This document shows positions 20,394-31,258 of a DNA stretch of 64,000 bases, in pieces; positions within the stretch are counted from its first letter, which is position 1, and every line of letters starts with the position of its first letter. This DNA comes from an uncultured Candidatus Saccharibacteria bacterium (GTDB lineage: Bacteria > Patescibacteriota > Saccharimonadia > CAILAD01 > JADZBC01). The notes beneath the pieces were generated by a model that had not been told where the DNA came from, did no database searches, and worked only from the letters and a program-made list of their open reading frames with translations. The stretch spans positions 1,750 to 65,749 of the forward strand of contig CAYPSN010000003.1 in assembly GCA_964413715.1 (NCBI GenBank), read 5' to 3'. The translations under genes and the position numbers were made by a program.

Positions 20394-21515
20394 ATGACAA
20401 ATCAATTTATTTCTGCAATCGAGCAGATATGTGATGAAAAGGGCTTGAGCAAAGACATCGTACTCGAAGCAGTCGAACAAGCTCTGGCTGCTGCATACAA
20501 AAAAGACTACGGCGATCGCGACCAAGAAGTTCGCGTTGAACTTGACGCCAACACAGGCGAACCACGTATATTCGTAAGCAAAGAAGTGGTGGAAGAGGTA
20601 GAAAACCCATTCTTGCAGATTAGTTTGGCTGACGCTCAAAAGCACAAAAAGGGCGCTAAGCTCGAAGACGTAATTGAATACGAAGAAGACAACAAAGACT
20701 TTGGTCGAGTTGCGGCACAGACTGCTAAGCAGGTTATCGTGCAGCGTATTCGCGAAGCTGAGCGCGAAGTGGTATTTACCGAGTATAGCGACAAAGAAGG
20801 TGTAATCCTTAATGCCGTCGTGCAGCGTGTAGAAGGCAATAATGTATTTGTTGACCTTGGTAAGGCTTCGGGCATTATGTTCCCAGCTGAACAGATTCGC
20901 GGCGAGCACTACTACCCAGGACAACGACTTAAGGTGTACATTGTGCGTGTCGAGCAAACTGCTCGTGGCCCACAGATCGTTGTGAGTCGTTCACACCCGG
21001 ACATGATTCGTCGGTTGTTCGAAATGGAAGTACCAGAAATCGAAGCTGGTACGGTGGAGATAATGGGTATTGCTCGCGAAGGTGGAGCACGTACCAAAAT
21101 TGCCGTAAAGTCGAACGCTGATGGCGTAGATGCCGTAGGTACTTTTGTGGGTGGCCGTGGTGCGCGTGTGCAGGCAGTAATGGCTGATTTGGGTGAAGAA
21201 AAAATCGACATTATTCCTTTCAGCGAAGATCCAAAGCAATTTATCGCTGCGGCTCTAAGCCCTACGAAAGTATTGAATGTGGAACTTGACGAGGACGAGA
21301 AGAAGGCCGTTGTGAAAGTTCCAGAAGATCAGCTGTCATTAGCTATTGGTCGCCAGGGCCAGAACGTTCGTTTGGCTGCCAAGCTGACCGGTTGGAACGT
21401 CGACATCGACGGCGCAGACGATGCTGGCATTGAGGCCACTGCAGATGCTGCCGCAGGTGACGCTGAAGTTGCTGTCGAAGAAGGCGAAGCCACAGAGCCA
21501 AAAACCGACGCTTAA
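20394..21515 (+). CDS. nusA: Transcription termination/antitermination factor NusA
   Basis: AAAGGAG sits 7 nt upstream of the ATG at 20394. NusA N-domain, S1 and KH regions, acidic C-terminus. Confidence 0.85.
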   Translation: MTNQFISAIEQICDEKGLSKDIVLEAVEQALAAAYKKDYGDRDQEVRVELDANTGEPRIFVSKEVVEEVENPFLQISLADAQKHKKGAKLEDVIEYEEDNKDFGRVAAQTAKQVIVQRIREAEREVVFTEYSDKEGVILNAVVQRVEGNNVFVDLGKASGIMFPAEQIRGEHYYPGQRLKVYIVRVEQTARGPQIVVSRSHPDMIRRLFEMEVPEIEAGTVEIMGIAREGGARTKIAVKSNADGVDAVGTFVGGRGARVQAVMADLGEEKIDIIPFSEDPKQFIAAALSPTKVLNVELDEDEKKAVVKVPEDQLSLAIGRQGQNVRLAAKLTGWNVDIDGADDAGIEATADAAAGDAEVAVEEGEATEPKTDA

Positions 21516-21554
21516 AATTAGCACTGTCAAGCCCCGAGTGCTAATTCCAGATAT

Positions 21555-21582
21555 AAACCGTACGTATTTTGTACGGTTTTTT
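21555..21582 (+). terminator. Rho-independent terminator after nusA
   Basis: aaaccgtacg-tattttg-tacggttttttt. Confidence 0.55.
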
Positions 21583-21629
21583 GGTTAGCAATATGCTATA
21601 ATGAATATAGTAATACAAGGAGTGAGTTG

Positions 21630-24107
21630 ATGTCTCCAGAATTTGATCGATTTACCGAAAACGCCAAGCGTAGCCTGCAGAACGCTGGCGAACTGGCTAT
21701 GGGCATGGGTGCAGCTTATGTCGGTACCGAGCATCTCTTGCTTGGTGTGCTCAAGCAGCAAACGTCAATTGGATCAAAAATTCTGACCGATATGGGGGTA
21801 TCACTCGACAAACTCAATTTGGCCGCCGTACCAAATCTGCAAGCCTCGCAGTCTGGGGCAGTACCACAGGCGCTTAGCGCCACGGCCCGCAAGACCATTA
21901 CCTTGGCACTTCGGGTGGCGCAGGAGTTCGGGCAGCCCTATGCTGGCACCGAACATTTACTCTTTGCAATTTTAGGCCAAGATAATGCGCGGGCGAATGT
22001 GTTGCTGCGCGGTATTAAAATCGACCCAGCTGATATTCGTGGTGAGCTGGAAAACTACCTTAGCGCCCAGTCGTATGCGTACGAAGAGCAGGCTGCGCGC
22101 CAGGGCAATAAGAAACAAAAGGGCAACAAAACTCCGATGCTCGATCATTTTGGTATTGATTTAACAGCGCGAGCAGCCTCGGCTGAGCTTGATCCTGTAG
22201 TAGGGCGTGAAAAACAAATTGATCGCATGATCGCGATTTTGAATCGCAGAAGCAAGAACAACCCAGTTTTGATTGGTGAGCCAGGCGTCGGGAAAACGGC
22301 GATTGTTGAAGGCCTCGCCCAGCGCATTGTGTCCGAACAAGTGCCAGAAATGCTGCTTGGCAAGCGAGTCGTAATGCTTGATATGGCGAGCGTGATAGCA
22401 GGCACAAAGTACCGTGGTGAGTTCGAGGAAAGACTCAAGAAATTGATTGAAGAAGCCAAGACCCACAAAGAAGTGATTCTCTTCGTCGACGAGCTGCACA
22501 CCGTAGTAGGGGCTGGTTCGGCCGAAGGTGCAATTGATGCTGCCAACATTCTTAAGCCAGCTTTGGCACGCGGCGAGGTCCAGACGATTGGTGCCACCAC
22601 GCTCGAAGAGTATCGCAAACACATCGAAAAAGACACTGCTTTGGAGCGCAGATTCCAGCCGGTTATCGTTCCTGAAACTACCGTTGAGGAAACGATTGAT
22701 GTGCTTAAAGGCTTGCGTGCTCACTACGAAGAATTTCATAAGGTAGAAATTAGTGATGAAGCTCTAGAAGACGCGGCTAAGTTGGCTGCTCGATATGTGG
22801 CGGATCGGTTTATGCCAGACAAGGCAATTGACTTGGTGGACGAGGCTGCTTCACTTGCGCGGATTCGCAAGGGTGGAACGAGTAGGAAGCTCAAGGACTT
22901 ACAAGCTAAACTCAGTAGTGTGATGGAGCAAATTGATGACGCTGTATACAATCAAGATTTTGAATATGCGGCGCGCCTCAAGTCAGAAGCCAGTGTGCTC
23001 GAGCAAAAGATTTCGGCTCAACTTTCGAAGGACGAGCAGCAGGCTAAAATAACCATTACTAGCGAAGACATTGCTGCAGTTGTGAGCCAGATGACAGGCG
23101 TTCCGCTTACCAAGCTCATTAAAACCGAGTCGGACAATTTGATTAAGCTAGAAAAAACTCTTCAGAAGCGCATTATTGGCCAAAACGAGGCAGTTAGTGC
23201 GGTTGCGCACGCGATTCGCCGTTCTCGCACTGGCATTGCAGACATTAATCGGCCAATTGGCTCATTTATGTTCTTGGGTCCCACTGGAGTTGGTAAAACC
23301 GAACTTGCGCGCACGTTGGCCGAAGAAGTCTTTCACGACAAAGACTCTTTGATAAAGGTGGATATGAGCGAGTTCATGGAGCGGCATAATGTGGCACGTT
23401 TGGTCGGCGCGCCTGCCGGCTACGTTGGCTACGACGATGGTGGCCAGCTAACGGAAAAAGTACGACGTAAACCATATAGCCTGATTCTATTCGATGAAAT
23501 CGAGAAAGCCCATCCAGAAGTCTTCAACATGCTCTTGCAGGTGCTCGAGGATGGATTCCTTACTGATGCTAAGGGTCGCAAAGTAGACTTTCGGAATACC
23601 ATCATAATCATGACCTCTAACGTGGGCGCTAAGCTGCTGCACCAAGAGGCGGTGCTTGGTTTCGCTACCGAAACGGTAGAAGAGGAGCGCAAGCTCGAAG
23701 CCATGCATGATCGTATGGAAAAGACCATCCACACTGAACTTAAAAAGTCATTCCGACCGGAGTTTTTAAATCGCGTTGACCACATTGTGATATTTCGGGC
23801 ATTGTCCAAAGCAGACGTCCGATCAATTGTAGATCTACAGTTGCAGAATCTAGCGCAACGCTTGCTCGCCAAAGGCGTTGGTGTAAAGTTTTCGCGTAAC
23901 CTCAAAGATCTTCTAATTGAAAAGGGCTATGAAGTAGAGCAGGGTGCCAGACCATTACGCCGTGCTATACAGAGACTGGTTGAAGACCGGTTGGCGCTTG
24001 AAATGCTCGAAGGCAAAGTGAATGCTGGTGATAATGTGGTGATTTCTGCTCGTGCAGGCGAAGTACAGATCCGAACAAACAATGAGCAGAAGGCGGCTGC
24101 GGCTTGA
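21630..24107 (+). CDS. clpC: ATP-dependent Clp protease ATP-binding subunit ClpC
   Basis: Two Clp_N repeats, two AAA+ modules ([16 protein letters not shown]), ClpB/C-type middle region; AAGGAG 7 nt before the ATG. Confidence 0.85.
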   Translation: MSPEFDRFTENAKRSLQNAGELAMGMGAAYVGTEHLLLGVLKQQTSIGSKILTDMGVSLDKLNLAAVPNLQASQSGAVPQALSATARKTITLALRVAQEFGQPYAGTEHLLFAILGQDNARANVLLRGIKIDPADIRGELENYLSAQSYAYEEQAARQGNKKQKGNKTPMLDHFGIDLTARAASAELDPVVGREKQIDRMIAILNRRSKNNPVLIGEPGVGKTAIVEGLAQRIVSEQVPEMLLGKRVVMLDMASVIAGTKYRGEFEERLKKLIEEAKTHKEVILFVDELHTVVGAGSAEGAIDAANILKPALARGEVQTIGATTLEEYRKHIEKDTALERRFQPVIVPETTVEETIDVLKGLRAHYEEFHKVEISDEALEDAAKLAARYVADRFMPDKAIDLVDEAASLARIRKGGTSRKLKDLQAKLSSVMEQIDDAVYNQDFEYAARLKSEASVLEQKISAQLSKDEQQAKITITSEDIAAVVSQMTGVPLTKLIKTESDNLIKLEKTLQKRIIGQNEAVSAVAHAIRRSRTGIADINRPIGSFMFLGPTGVGKTELARTLAEEVFHDKDSLIKVDMSEFMERHNVARLVGAPAGYVGYDDGGQLTEKVRRKPYSLILFDEIEKAHPEVFNMLLQVLEDGFLTDAKGRKVDFRNTIIIMTSNVGAKLLHQEAVLGFATETVEEERKLEAMHDRMEKTIHTELKKSFRPEFLNRVDHIVIFRALSKADVRSIVDLQLQNLAQRLLAKGVGVKFSRNLKDLLIEKGYEVEQGARPLRRAIQRLVEDRLALEMLEGKVNAGDNVVISARAGEVQIRTNNEQKAAAA

Positions 24108-24706
24108 GAATAGCAGTTGATATTGATGAAGTATTGGCTCGTGGCTTGGCAACCTACCTGAATTACTTCAACTCAACGTATAATACGAACTTTTCTGAAG
24201 CCGACTTCACGCCCAACAAAGGCTTTTGGGAAGTACTAGGTGTGGCCGAGGGGGACATTGACCAAATTAGCAAACACTACCGGGCGAGTCACCATTCGAA
24301 AGACTGGTTGCTTGTGCCTGGTGCGGTTGATGCGGTCACAGAGTTAGCAAAACAGCATGAGTTAATTATCATCTCAAACCGCGAAGCAGCCGGTCATGAG
24401 CCAACCAGGCAATGGCTGAAGCGTAACTTTGGCGACGCATTTAGCAAGGTGATTTTTACAAAAGCAGAAATGAAGAATGGAGAGCAGCCAACCAAGGCGT
24501 CGATATGTTTACGGGAAAAGGCAGATGTCTTACTAGAGGACGAAATTAAGGAGATTGTTGCTTGCAATGAGGAGGGCGTGCCGGTGGTAATATTTGAAAC
24601 ACGGTTGAATAAGGAAAAAGTACAGAATATGCCACACCGGGTGCACAGTTGGCAAGAGGCCCTAAACGAGCTTAAGGGATTACATCTACGGCACGATGTA
24701 GCCTGA
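24104..24706 (+). CDS. HAD-superfamily 5'(3')-deoxyribonucleotidase-like protein
   Basis: IAVDIDEVL motif I at the N-terminus; 200 aa; overlaps the clpC stop. Confidence 0.45.
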   Translation: MRIAVDIDEVLARGLATYLNYFNSTYNTNFSEADFTPNKGFWEVLGVAEGDIDQISKHYRASHHSKDWLLVPGAVDAVTELAKQHELIIISNREAAGHEPTRQWLKRNFGDAFSKVIFTKAEMKNGEQPTKASICLREKADVLLEDEIKEIVACNEEGVPVVIFETRLNKEKVQNMPHRVHSWQEALNELKGLHLRHDVA

Positions 24707-24758
24707 ACAATTGAAAAAGTAAGTTGTTCGCAAAATATTCGCATGCTATACTGAGGAT

Positions 24759-26102
24759 ATGGCAAAACAAAGCGTACAATATGTTTGTGAGGCGTGCGGG
24801 GCGACATTTGCAAAATGGAGTGGCAAATGCCTGAACTGCGGTGCTTGGGAAACGATTGTGGAAATTACAAACGCTCCGAGTGCGCCAGGGCAAACCAAGG
24901 TGGCGCGCATAAAGGCTTCGAAGTTGAGCGAGGTAAAAGCTGCCAAGCTTGATCGGATCGAGGTTGGCATTGGCGAGGTAGACACGGTGTTGGGTGGTGG
25001 TGTTGTACCAGGGTCTCTTGTTCTTTTGGCGGGGGATCCTGGAATTGGCAAGTCGACTCTTGTGCTGCAGCTGGCGAGCAACATCTCGAAGGCTCACCGA
25101 ATACTTTATGTGAGTGGAGAAGAATCCCCTTCACAAATAAAATTACGGGCGGATCGATTGCAGGGCGTGAATCTTGATTTTGATTTCTTGGCGTCTACGG
25201 ACGCTGACCAAATACTTGCCCAAGCAGGCAGTGGTGAGTACGACATGATTATCGTTGACTCAATTCAGACCATGGTCAGTAATGACGCAGTCTCTGCAAT
25301 TAGTACGGTTGGGCAGATTACCAACATTACGGCCCGCATAATGAACGTGGCGAAAGCTAGCCATACCGCCTTTATCATTATTGGTCATGTTACAAAAGAG
25401 GGGAATGTAGCAGGGCCAAGAGTACTTGAGCATCTCGTGGACGCCGTCTTGTATTTAGAGGGCGAAAAATACGGCGCGCTTAAAGTGCTGCGGGCCAACA
25501 AGAATCGCTTCGGCTCGACTAGTGAAGTAGGAATTCTGGAAATGACCGACCATGGTTTGTTGCCTGTCGATAACCCCTCGGCGATTCTTTTGGCCGAACG
25601 CCAGCAATTGCCCGGCTCGGTGGTGTTTGCGGCTATGGAGGGTAGTCGGCCGATTATGGTTGAAGTGCAGGCTCTTGTGGCGCCGTCGGTCTATGGCTAC
25701 CCAAAGCGCACGGCTGTTGGTGTAGACATAAATCGACTTGGCTTATTAGCCGCTGTTATGACGAAACGAGGCGGCATTAATTTGAGCTCATCGGACATTT
25801 ATGTTAATATTGTCGGAGGTCTTAAGATAAGTGAGCCTGCTGTTGACCTAGCAATTATTTTGGCGATTGCCTCCGCACACAAAGGAATTATTCTCCCCGC
25901 GGACTTAACTGCATTCGGCGAAGTTGGCCTAAGTGGTGAATTACGAACCGTAAGTTTTTCGCAAAGACGGCTTGAAGAAGCCAGTAAGCAAGGTTTTGCC
26001 TCGGCTATCGTTTCGCCACAAACCAAAGTAGACTCAACAAACAGTAATATTCTTCCGCTCAAAGTGAAGACTATTGCTGAAGCTATACAAAAAATTAAGT
26101 AA
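24759..26102 (+). CDS. radA: DNA repair protein RadA/Sms
   Basis: N-terminal C4 zinc ribbon (CEACG...CLNCG), RecA-like ATPase (GDPGIGKST), Lon-like C-terminal domain. Confidence 0.9.
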   Translation: MAKQSVQYVCEACGATFAKWSGKCLNCGAWETIVEITNAPSAPGQTKVARIKASKLSEVKAAKLDRIEVGIGEVDTVLGGGVVPGSLVLLAGDPGIGKSTLVLQLASNISKAHRILYVSGEESPSQIKLRADRLQGVNLDFDFLASTDADQILAQAGSGEYDMIIVDSIQTMVSNDAVSAISTVGQITNITARIMNVAKASHTAFIIIGHVTKEGNVAGPRVLEHLVDAVLYLEGEKYGALKVLRANKNRFGSTSEVGILEMTDHGLLPVDNPSAILLAERQQLPGSVVFAAMEGSRPIMVEVQALVAPSVYGYPKRTAVGVDINRLGLLAAVMTKRGGINLSSSDIYVNIVGGLKISEPAVDLAIILAIASAHKGIILPADLTAFGEVGLSGELRTVSFSQRRLEEASKQGFASAIVSPQTKVDSTNSNILPLKVKTIAEAIQKIK

Positions 26103-26117
26103 GGAATTATTAATTCA

Positions 26118-27038
26118 ATGGATACAACTGTTCTTGTTGCGCTTGGGCTTATCGTGATATTCGTTGTTGTGCTGGGCATTATGTTTCGCACGCAACAGCA
26201 ATTTATGAGCCAATTTTTAGCACGTAATAATCGTCCGCAAAAAGCAAAGGCTGACAAGGCTGAAGCTCCTCAAAACAAACCCCAGGTGCTCGTTGATACG
26301 TCGGCGATTATCGATGGAAGAATTGCTGACATTATAAAAACCGGTTTTGTACCAGGTAAATTGTTGGTACCACGTTTTGTGCTCGCTGAACTGCAAAACA
26401 TCGCCGATAGCGATGATGCGATGCGCCGCGGTCGTGGGCGCCGAGGGCTCGAAATGCTTAATCTTATGCGGCAGGACCCAAATGTGGAACTCGACATTAT
26501 CGAAGAAAACCCCGAAGACGTGAAGGAGGTTGATCACAAGTTGGTTTATCTGGCTAAAAAATATCAAACTAACATTCTCACAACTGATTACAATCTTAAC
26601 CGCGTAGCAACAATTGATACGGTAAAGGTGCTGAATGTAAATGAGCTTGCTAATGCAATTCGTCCTGTTGTGTTGCCGGGAGAGGAGCTGACGGTCAAAG
26701 TAGTCCAGCCAGGCAAAGAAAAAGGCCAAGGCGTTGGCTACCTTGCCGACGGCACCATGATCGTAGTTGAGAATGGCGACAAGTTGATGGGGAAAGAAGT
26801 GACCACGGAGGTTACGCGCATATTCCAAACCGTAGCCGGGAAGATGATTTTTGCCGCAGAAAAAAGAGCTAATCAGACTCAATCGCATCGTCAGCACACG
26901 AAGCCGAAGGACCGACCAAAGCGCGATATTGCTACAGTAGCAAATCCAAATGACAAACCATATCACGCTCGTCCGGCCAAACAGAATCAACCTAAGAAGC
27001 CTCAGAGTACTCAAGCGCCTCAGCCCAGCGATAAATAG
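26118..27038 (+). CDS. PIN/TRAM domain protein (YacL-like)
   Basis: N-terminal TM helix, PIN domain (VLVDTSAIIDGRI), TRAM-like region, basic C-terminal tail; conserved position after radA. Confidence 0.65.
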   Translation: MDTTVLVALGLIVIFVVVLGIMFRTQQQFMSQFLARNNRPQKAKADKAEAPQNKPQVLVDTSAIIDGRIADIIKTGFVPGKLLVPRFVLAELQNIADSDDAMRRGRGRRGLEMLNLMRQDPNVELDIIEENPEDVKEVDHKLVYLAKKYQTNILTTDYNLNRVATIDTVKVLNVNELANAIRPVVLPGEELTVKVVQPGKEKGQGVGYLADGTMIVVENGDKLMGKEVTTEVTRIFQTVAGKMIFAAEKRANQTQSHRQHTKPKDRPKRDIATVANPNDKPYHARPAKQNQPKKPQSTQAPQPSDK

Positions 27039-27052
27039 GTTGCTCCTTGTTA

Positions 27053-27088
27053 GTTAAAAACCCCTCTAGCATGAGGGGTTTTTAACTA
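27053..27088. terminator. Bidirectional terminator between the PIN/TRAM gene (+) and the PBP gene (-)
   Basis: gttaaaaacccctc-tagcatga-gaggggtttttaac. Confidence 0.55.
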
Positions 27089-27112
27089 AATGAGGAACCA
27101 AGACCAGGCCAG

Positions 27113-29941
27113 CTAGAACGTATCCTCGCCTGTTCCGCCATAGGTATTATCGGTTACCTTAACACTGGCAGGGGTGCCTGATGTCCACCCTGGACTTGAT
27201 TGATACGGTGCGCTCGAGTCGGTGTTCTGGGCTATCGAGTTGTAGAAGAATGCCGCAGTGTAATTGCCGCTACCACCACTGATACTGGCCGTACACCGGC
27301 CGCCAAAGGCAGGTGTACAGGTTAGTGATACCGTAGGCCCACCAACCGCGGCTACATTCGCCGAGTTACTCAGGCCATTGTAGAGCGCCGAGTCGATAAC
27401 TTTCGCACTATATTGGTGCGATCCTGTTGAGCTAGGCTTGTGTTCGATACTATACGAACCACTGCCGTTGATGTTTTGGCTGGAGATCTCGGTGCCGTCC
27501 ATATAGAAGATGAGTCGGTTGGCAGGATAGCGTCCGCTGACGACATTTGCTGTGACGGTGAAGGTGCTACCAGTAGCTTTGTCGGTTGAGACGGTTACTG
27601 TAGGCTTGGTATCGCCACAACTGTGGACGTCGTCCTTTTCAGTCGGCAGACTACCTCCACTCATGCCAAGTGATGCGGCAATCGCTGAAACGGGTGGTTG
27701 CCATCTGCTGTAAGAAATGTCTGTCGGTGGCACCTCGGCTGTAATGAGCCCGGCGCTAATGGTGTCGATTGCCTCTGGTGGCGTACACTCGGTGGCAAGT
27801 TTGCCAGACACACGATCGACTTTGGCTTGCTGCTCGCTACTTGGTGTTGGTGTTTTGTACCATGATGGGAATATGTCGGTTCTGGTTTTCTTGGTGCCCG
27901 GCGTTGGTGCTTTACCTGTGTTGGCGTCTAGGGTCACTTCTTTTATGCCGCTTGGGCGTTTAAATGAAGCTACGGGCGTGTTGCGAGTGACGGTTGATAT
28001 ATATGTCTGCCAAATTGGTGCCGCTACAATACTTGAAGCTTGGTTCATTGGGCGATTGTTGTTGTTGCCTGCCCATACCCCAACGACGACGTCTGGCGTA
28101 TAGCCCATGGTCCAAGCGTCTTTAAAGTCATTGGTGGTACCGGTTTTGGCAGCGACGGGTCGGTTCGGCAGCGTCAATGGGTTGGCGCAAGGGAATGTAC
28201 CCAGGCTACAGCGGGCTGAGTTGTCGGATAGAATGTTAGAAATTAAATAGGCAATTTGCTGGTCAATAACTTGCTTGCCTTTGTTCTCACTTGGCTTGTT
28301 TTCTTGCAGAACCTTGCCAGATGAATCGGTTACTTTTCGAATAGCTACTTGGTCGCGTTTACGACCTTCGGAGGCAAAGACAGAGTAGGCCTCGACCATT
28401 TCGGTGAGCTTTACTTCGCCACTTCCGAGGGTAAGTGAAAGGCCATAATCATTTTTAGCATTGAGCGTGCTTATACCGAGGTCTTTGGCGGTGTCTAGGG
28501 CGTTATCGAGCCCTGCTAAGTAGAGCGCTTTGACAGCAGGGATATTAAGCGAGCTGGCTAATGCCTGGCGCACTGACACTACACCATAGGTTCTGAGGGT
28601 GTAGTTGGTTGGCTTATAGCCACCACCAAAATCAGTCACCGCATCATATAGTGTTGTGCCTGCGCCGTAGTTCTTCTTGAATAACGTCGAGTATACGATT
28701 GGTTTGAATGATGAGCCTGGTTGGCGTTGGGCGGTTGCTGCGTTGAAGCTACCGAACTCTTGATCGCCGTAGTCGTAGCTACCTACCATGGCTTGAATTT
28801 CGCCAGTCTTTGGATCGGCTGCTACTAATGCGGCATTCGATCCGTTTGCGCGGCGAACGCCAGCCATGCCCTTGGCCACTGCATCCTCTGCAATTTTTTG
28901 TTTTTCAATGTCTAGGGTTGTTACGACCTTTAGGCCACCTTCGTTGACGCGTTTGATGCCATACTCGGCTTCGAGCTGCTCGCGAACATACTGTACGAAA
29001 TGCGGAGCAGTGATATTTGCATAGGGCTGGTATGGTTTGAGTTGGGCTAGAACGTCTTCTTTCTTGGCGGCATCAGCTTGGGCTTGTGTAATGTAGCCTT
29101 GCTCAGCCATGTTGTTAAGGACCCTATTCTGGCGCGCTAGCAGTGCAGTGCGATTCGGCCCGTAGGGTGAATAGTAGCTTGGTGCTTGAGGCATGGCAGC
29201 CAGCAGGGCGCTTTGCGATAAGGTAAGGTCTTTGGCGTCTTTGCCAAAATAGGTCTTTGAGGCTGCCTGGATACCATAGGCAGTTGAGCCGTACGGTATC
29301 TCGTTGAGGTAGAGCTTTAAGATGTCATCTTTCTTATAGAGCTGCTCGATTTCAATTGCCAGTATTAATTCTTTGATCTTGCGCGAGACGGACCGTTCGT
29401 CGGTCAGCAGGGCATTTTTAACATATTGCTGTGTGATGGTTGAACCGCCACCGCGGTTCACGCCCAAGACAACGCCACTAAATGCTCGACCAATTGCCTG
29501 AATGCTGAATGCACCGTGTTTATAAAAGTCTTTATCTTCGATCGCAATGGTTGCATCCTTAATCGACTTCGGCATCTCATTGAATTCAATCAAGCTACGG
29601 TTTTTATCCCCGTATACTTCGAGTAGGAGCGTTTTGCCATCGCTAGCGTAAATTTTGGTTGTTTGCGCGTTTAGACGTGCATTGATTTTATTAGGGCTTG
29701 GTAGGTCTTTTGAGATCCACAAGAACAGCAAAGCTACTACGCCAAGACCGATGGCCGCGAGGGTTAGAATGGTTCGTCTGCCCTTAGGGGTTTTTGCCCA
29801 CGCCCAAATATTACGGGGCTTGAGCTTGTCTAAGCCCTTAACTTGTTTGAGTTTCGTATTACCAGCAGTTGCCTTGATGCGGCTGTTGACTGGCGAAGAA
29901 TCACGTAATCGAACCTTGCGACCTTTGGGGAGTTTTGGCAT
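27113..29941 (-). CDS. Class A penicillin-binding protein (transglycosylase/transpeptidase) with a long S/T/G-rich C-terminal extension
   Basis: N-terminal TM segment, GT51 motifs (EDKDFYKHGAF), transpeptidase SxxK/SxN/KTG motifs. ATG at 29941 with GAAGGA 4 nt upstream (the track's TTG at 29953 is an alternative). ~940 aa, against ~750-800 typical. Confidence 0.8.
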   Translation of the reverse strand: MPKLPKGRKVRLRDSSPVNSRIKATAGNTKLKQVKGLDKLKPRNIWAWAKTPKGRRTILTLAAIGLGVVALLFLWISKDLPSPNKINARLNAQTTKIYASDGKTLLLEVYGDKNRSLIEFNEMPKSIKDATIAIEDKDFYKHGAFSIQAIGRAFSGVVLGVNRGGGSTITQQYVKNALLTDERSVSRKIKELILAIEIEQLYKKDDILKLYLNEIPYGSTAYGIQAASKTYFGKDAKDLTLSQSALLAAMPQAPSYYSPYGPNRTALLARQNRVLNNMAEQGYITQAQADAAKKEDVLAQLKPYQPYANITAPHFVQYVREQLEAEYGIKRVNEGGLKVVTTLDIEKQKIAEDAVAKGMAGVRRANGSNAALVAADPKTGEIQAMVGSYDYGDQEFGSFNAATAQRQPGSSFKPIVYSTLFKKNYGAGTTLYDAVTDFGGGYKPTNYTLRTYGVVSVRQALASSLNIPAVKALYLAGLDNALDTAKDLGISTLNAKNDYGLSLTLGSGEVKLTEMVEAYSVFASEGRKRDQVAIRKVTDSSGKVLQENKPSENKGKQVIDQQIAYLISNILSDNSARCSLGTFPCANPLTLPNRPVAAKTGTTNDFKDAWTMGYTPDVVVGVWAGNNNNRPMNQASSIVAAPIWQTYISTVTRNTPVASFKRPSGIKEVTLDANTGKAPTPGTKKTRTDIFPSWYKTPTPSSEQQAKVDRVSGKLATECTPPEAIDTISAGLITAEVPPTDISYSRWQPPVSAIAASLGMSGGSLPTEKDDVHSCGDTKPTVTVSTDKATGSTFTVTANVVSGRYPANRLIFYMDGTEISSQNINGSGSYSIEHKPSSTGSHQYSAKVIDSALYNGLSNSANVAAVGGPTVSLTCTPAFGGRCTASISGGSGNYTAAFFYNSIAQNTDSSAPYQSSPGWTSGTPASVKVTDNTYGGTGEDTF

Positions 29942-30049
29942 AAAATCCTTCAATAATTACAACTGTTATTATACCACGTACCGCCTTTTTCAAGGCTGAA
30001 TTTTTCGCAATATGCCACAGGGCAATTAAGGTGATATAATGCGAACTAT

Positions 30050-31258
30050 ATGCTAAGTAAACATGACAAAATTGAAGAAATCCTGAGTCGATCTGTTGAT
30101 ACGATTTATCCTTCGCGCGAGGCTTTAGCCGAGGCTTTAAAAGGCAACAAAAGGCTTAACGTGTATATGGGTATAGACCCTACAGCAGACTACATTCATT
30201 TAGGCCATAGCACCAACTATTTACTCCTCGAACGACTTCATGAACTTGGACACAACATTACCGTGTTGGTAGGCGACTTTACCGCCAAAATTGGCGACCC
30301 GAGTGATAAGTCAGCTGCTCGCGTACGGCTTAGTCAAGAAGATGTGGAAAAGAACCTCAAAAGCTACAAGGAGCAAATTGGGAAAATCTTAGATTTATCA
30401 AATCGAGATAATCCAATTCACTTTAAATTTAACTCGAGTTGGTTGGCGAAACTCAGCTTCGAAGACAGTGTTGAACTAGCGTCGAACTTTACCGTCCAGC
30501 AAATGCTCGAGCGCGATGCCTTTGCCAAGCGAGTAACTGAGGAGAAGCCACTCTATGTGCACGAGTTTTTCTACCCGCTCATGCAGGGTTATGATTCTGT
30601 AGCCCTAGAAGCTGATATCGAAATTGGCGGTACCGACCAAACATTTAATATGTTGGCAGGCCGCACCCTCGTAAAGAGATACTTGAACAAAGAAAAGTTT
30701 GTTATTACCACCACGCTACTAGAAGACCCTCTGACTGGTGAGAAAATGATGAGCAAAAGTCAAGGCACAGGTGTATCAATCAAGGCAGAGCCTTTCGAGA
30801 TGTTTGCCGGTGTTATGCGTTTGCCAGACAGTGGCATAGTTCAGGTTTATGTGGATTGTACGCGTTTGTCGATGCAGAATATCGAACAAATAAAACACGC
30901 GCTTGTGCAGGGTGAAAACCCTCGTGACACGAAGTTGCAGCTAGCCGAGGAAGTCGTTGCTATGTATCACGGCGAAGCTGCTGCCAAGCAGGCTCGGCTT
31001 GATTGGACCAATCAAGTCAGTAACAAAGAGCTTCCTCAAGACATCGAAGAGTTAAAACTTGATGATAAGGCTTATGACATCGTGACACTTATTAGTGAGG
31101 AGTTTGAGCTCAGTAAATCAGAAGCACGTCGATTGATCGACCAGAGTGGCGTTCGAATCAATGGCCAAGCTTGTGAACTAGGCGAATATAATCCGGTTGC
31201 GGGCGACATACTGCAAGTTGGCAAAAAACGTTTTAAACAAATAGTAGTCAAAAAATGA
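30050..31258 (+). CDS. tyrS: Tyrosyl-tRNA synthetase
   Basis: HIGH-like HLGH motif, KMSKS (KMMSKS), C-terminal S4 domain; an extended -10 (TGaTATAAT) lies ~10 nt upstream of the ATG. Confidence 0.9.
   Translation: MLSKHDKIEEILSRSVDTIYPSREALAEALKGNKRLNVYMGIDPTADYIHLGHSTNYLLLERLHELGHNITVLVGDFTAKIGDPSDKSAARVRLSQEDVEKNLKSYKEQIGKILDLSNRDNPIHFKFNSSWLAKLSFEDSVELASNFTVQQMLERDAFAKRVTEEKPLYVHEFFYPLMQGYDSVALEADIEIGGTDQTFNMLAGRTLVKRYLNKEKFVITTTLLEDPLTGEKMMSKSQGTGVSIKAEPFEMFAGVMRLPDSGIVQVYVDCTRLSMQNIEQIKHALVQGENPRDTKLQLAEEVVAMYHGEAAAKQARLDWTNQVSNKELPQDIEELKLDDKAYDIVTLISEEFELSKSEARRLIDQSGVRINGQACELGEYNPVAGDILQVGKKRFKQIVVKK

Noticed and set aside
22145-22739. 163- and 192-aa minus-strand ORFs inside clpC, and the similar 26217-27014 ORF inside the PIN/TRAM gene and 20388-20957 inside nusA
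   Set aside because: They are antisense to well-supported conserved genes and show no independent start signals.
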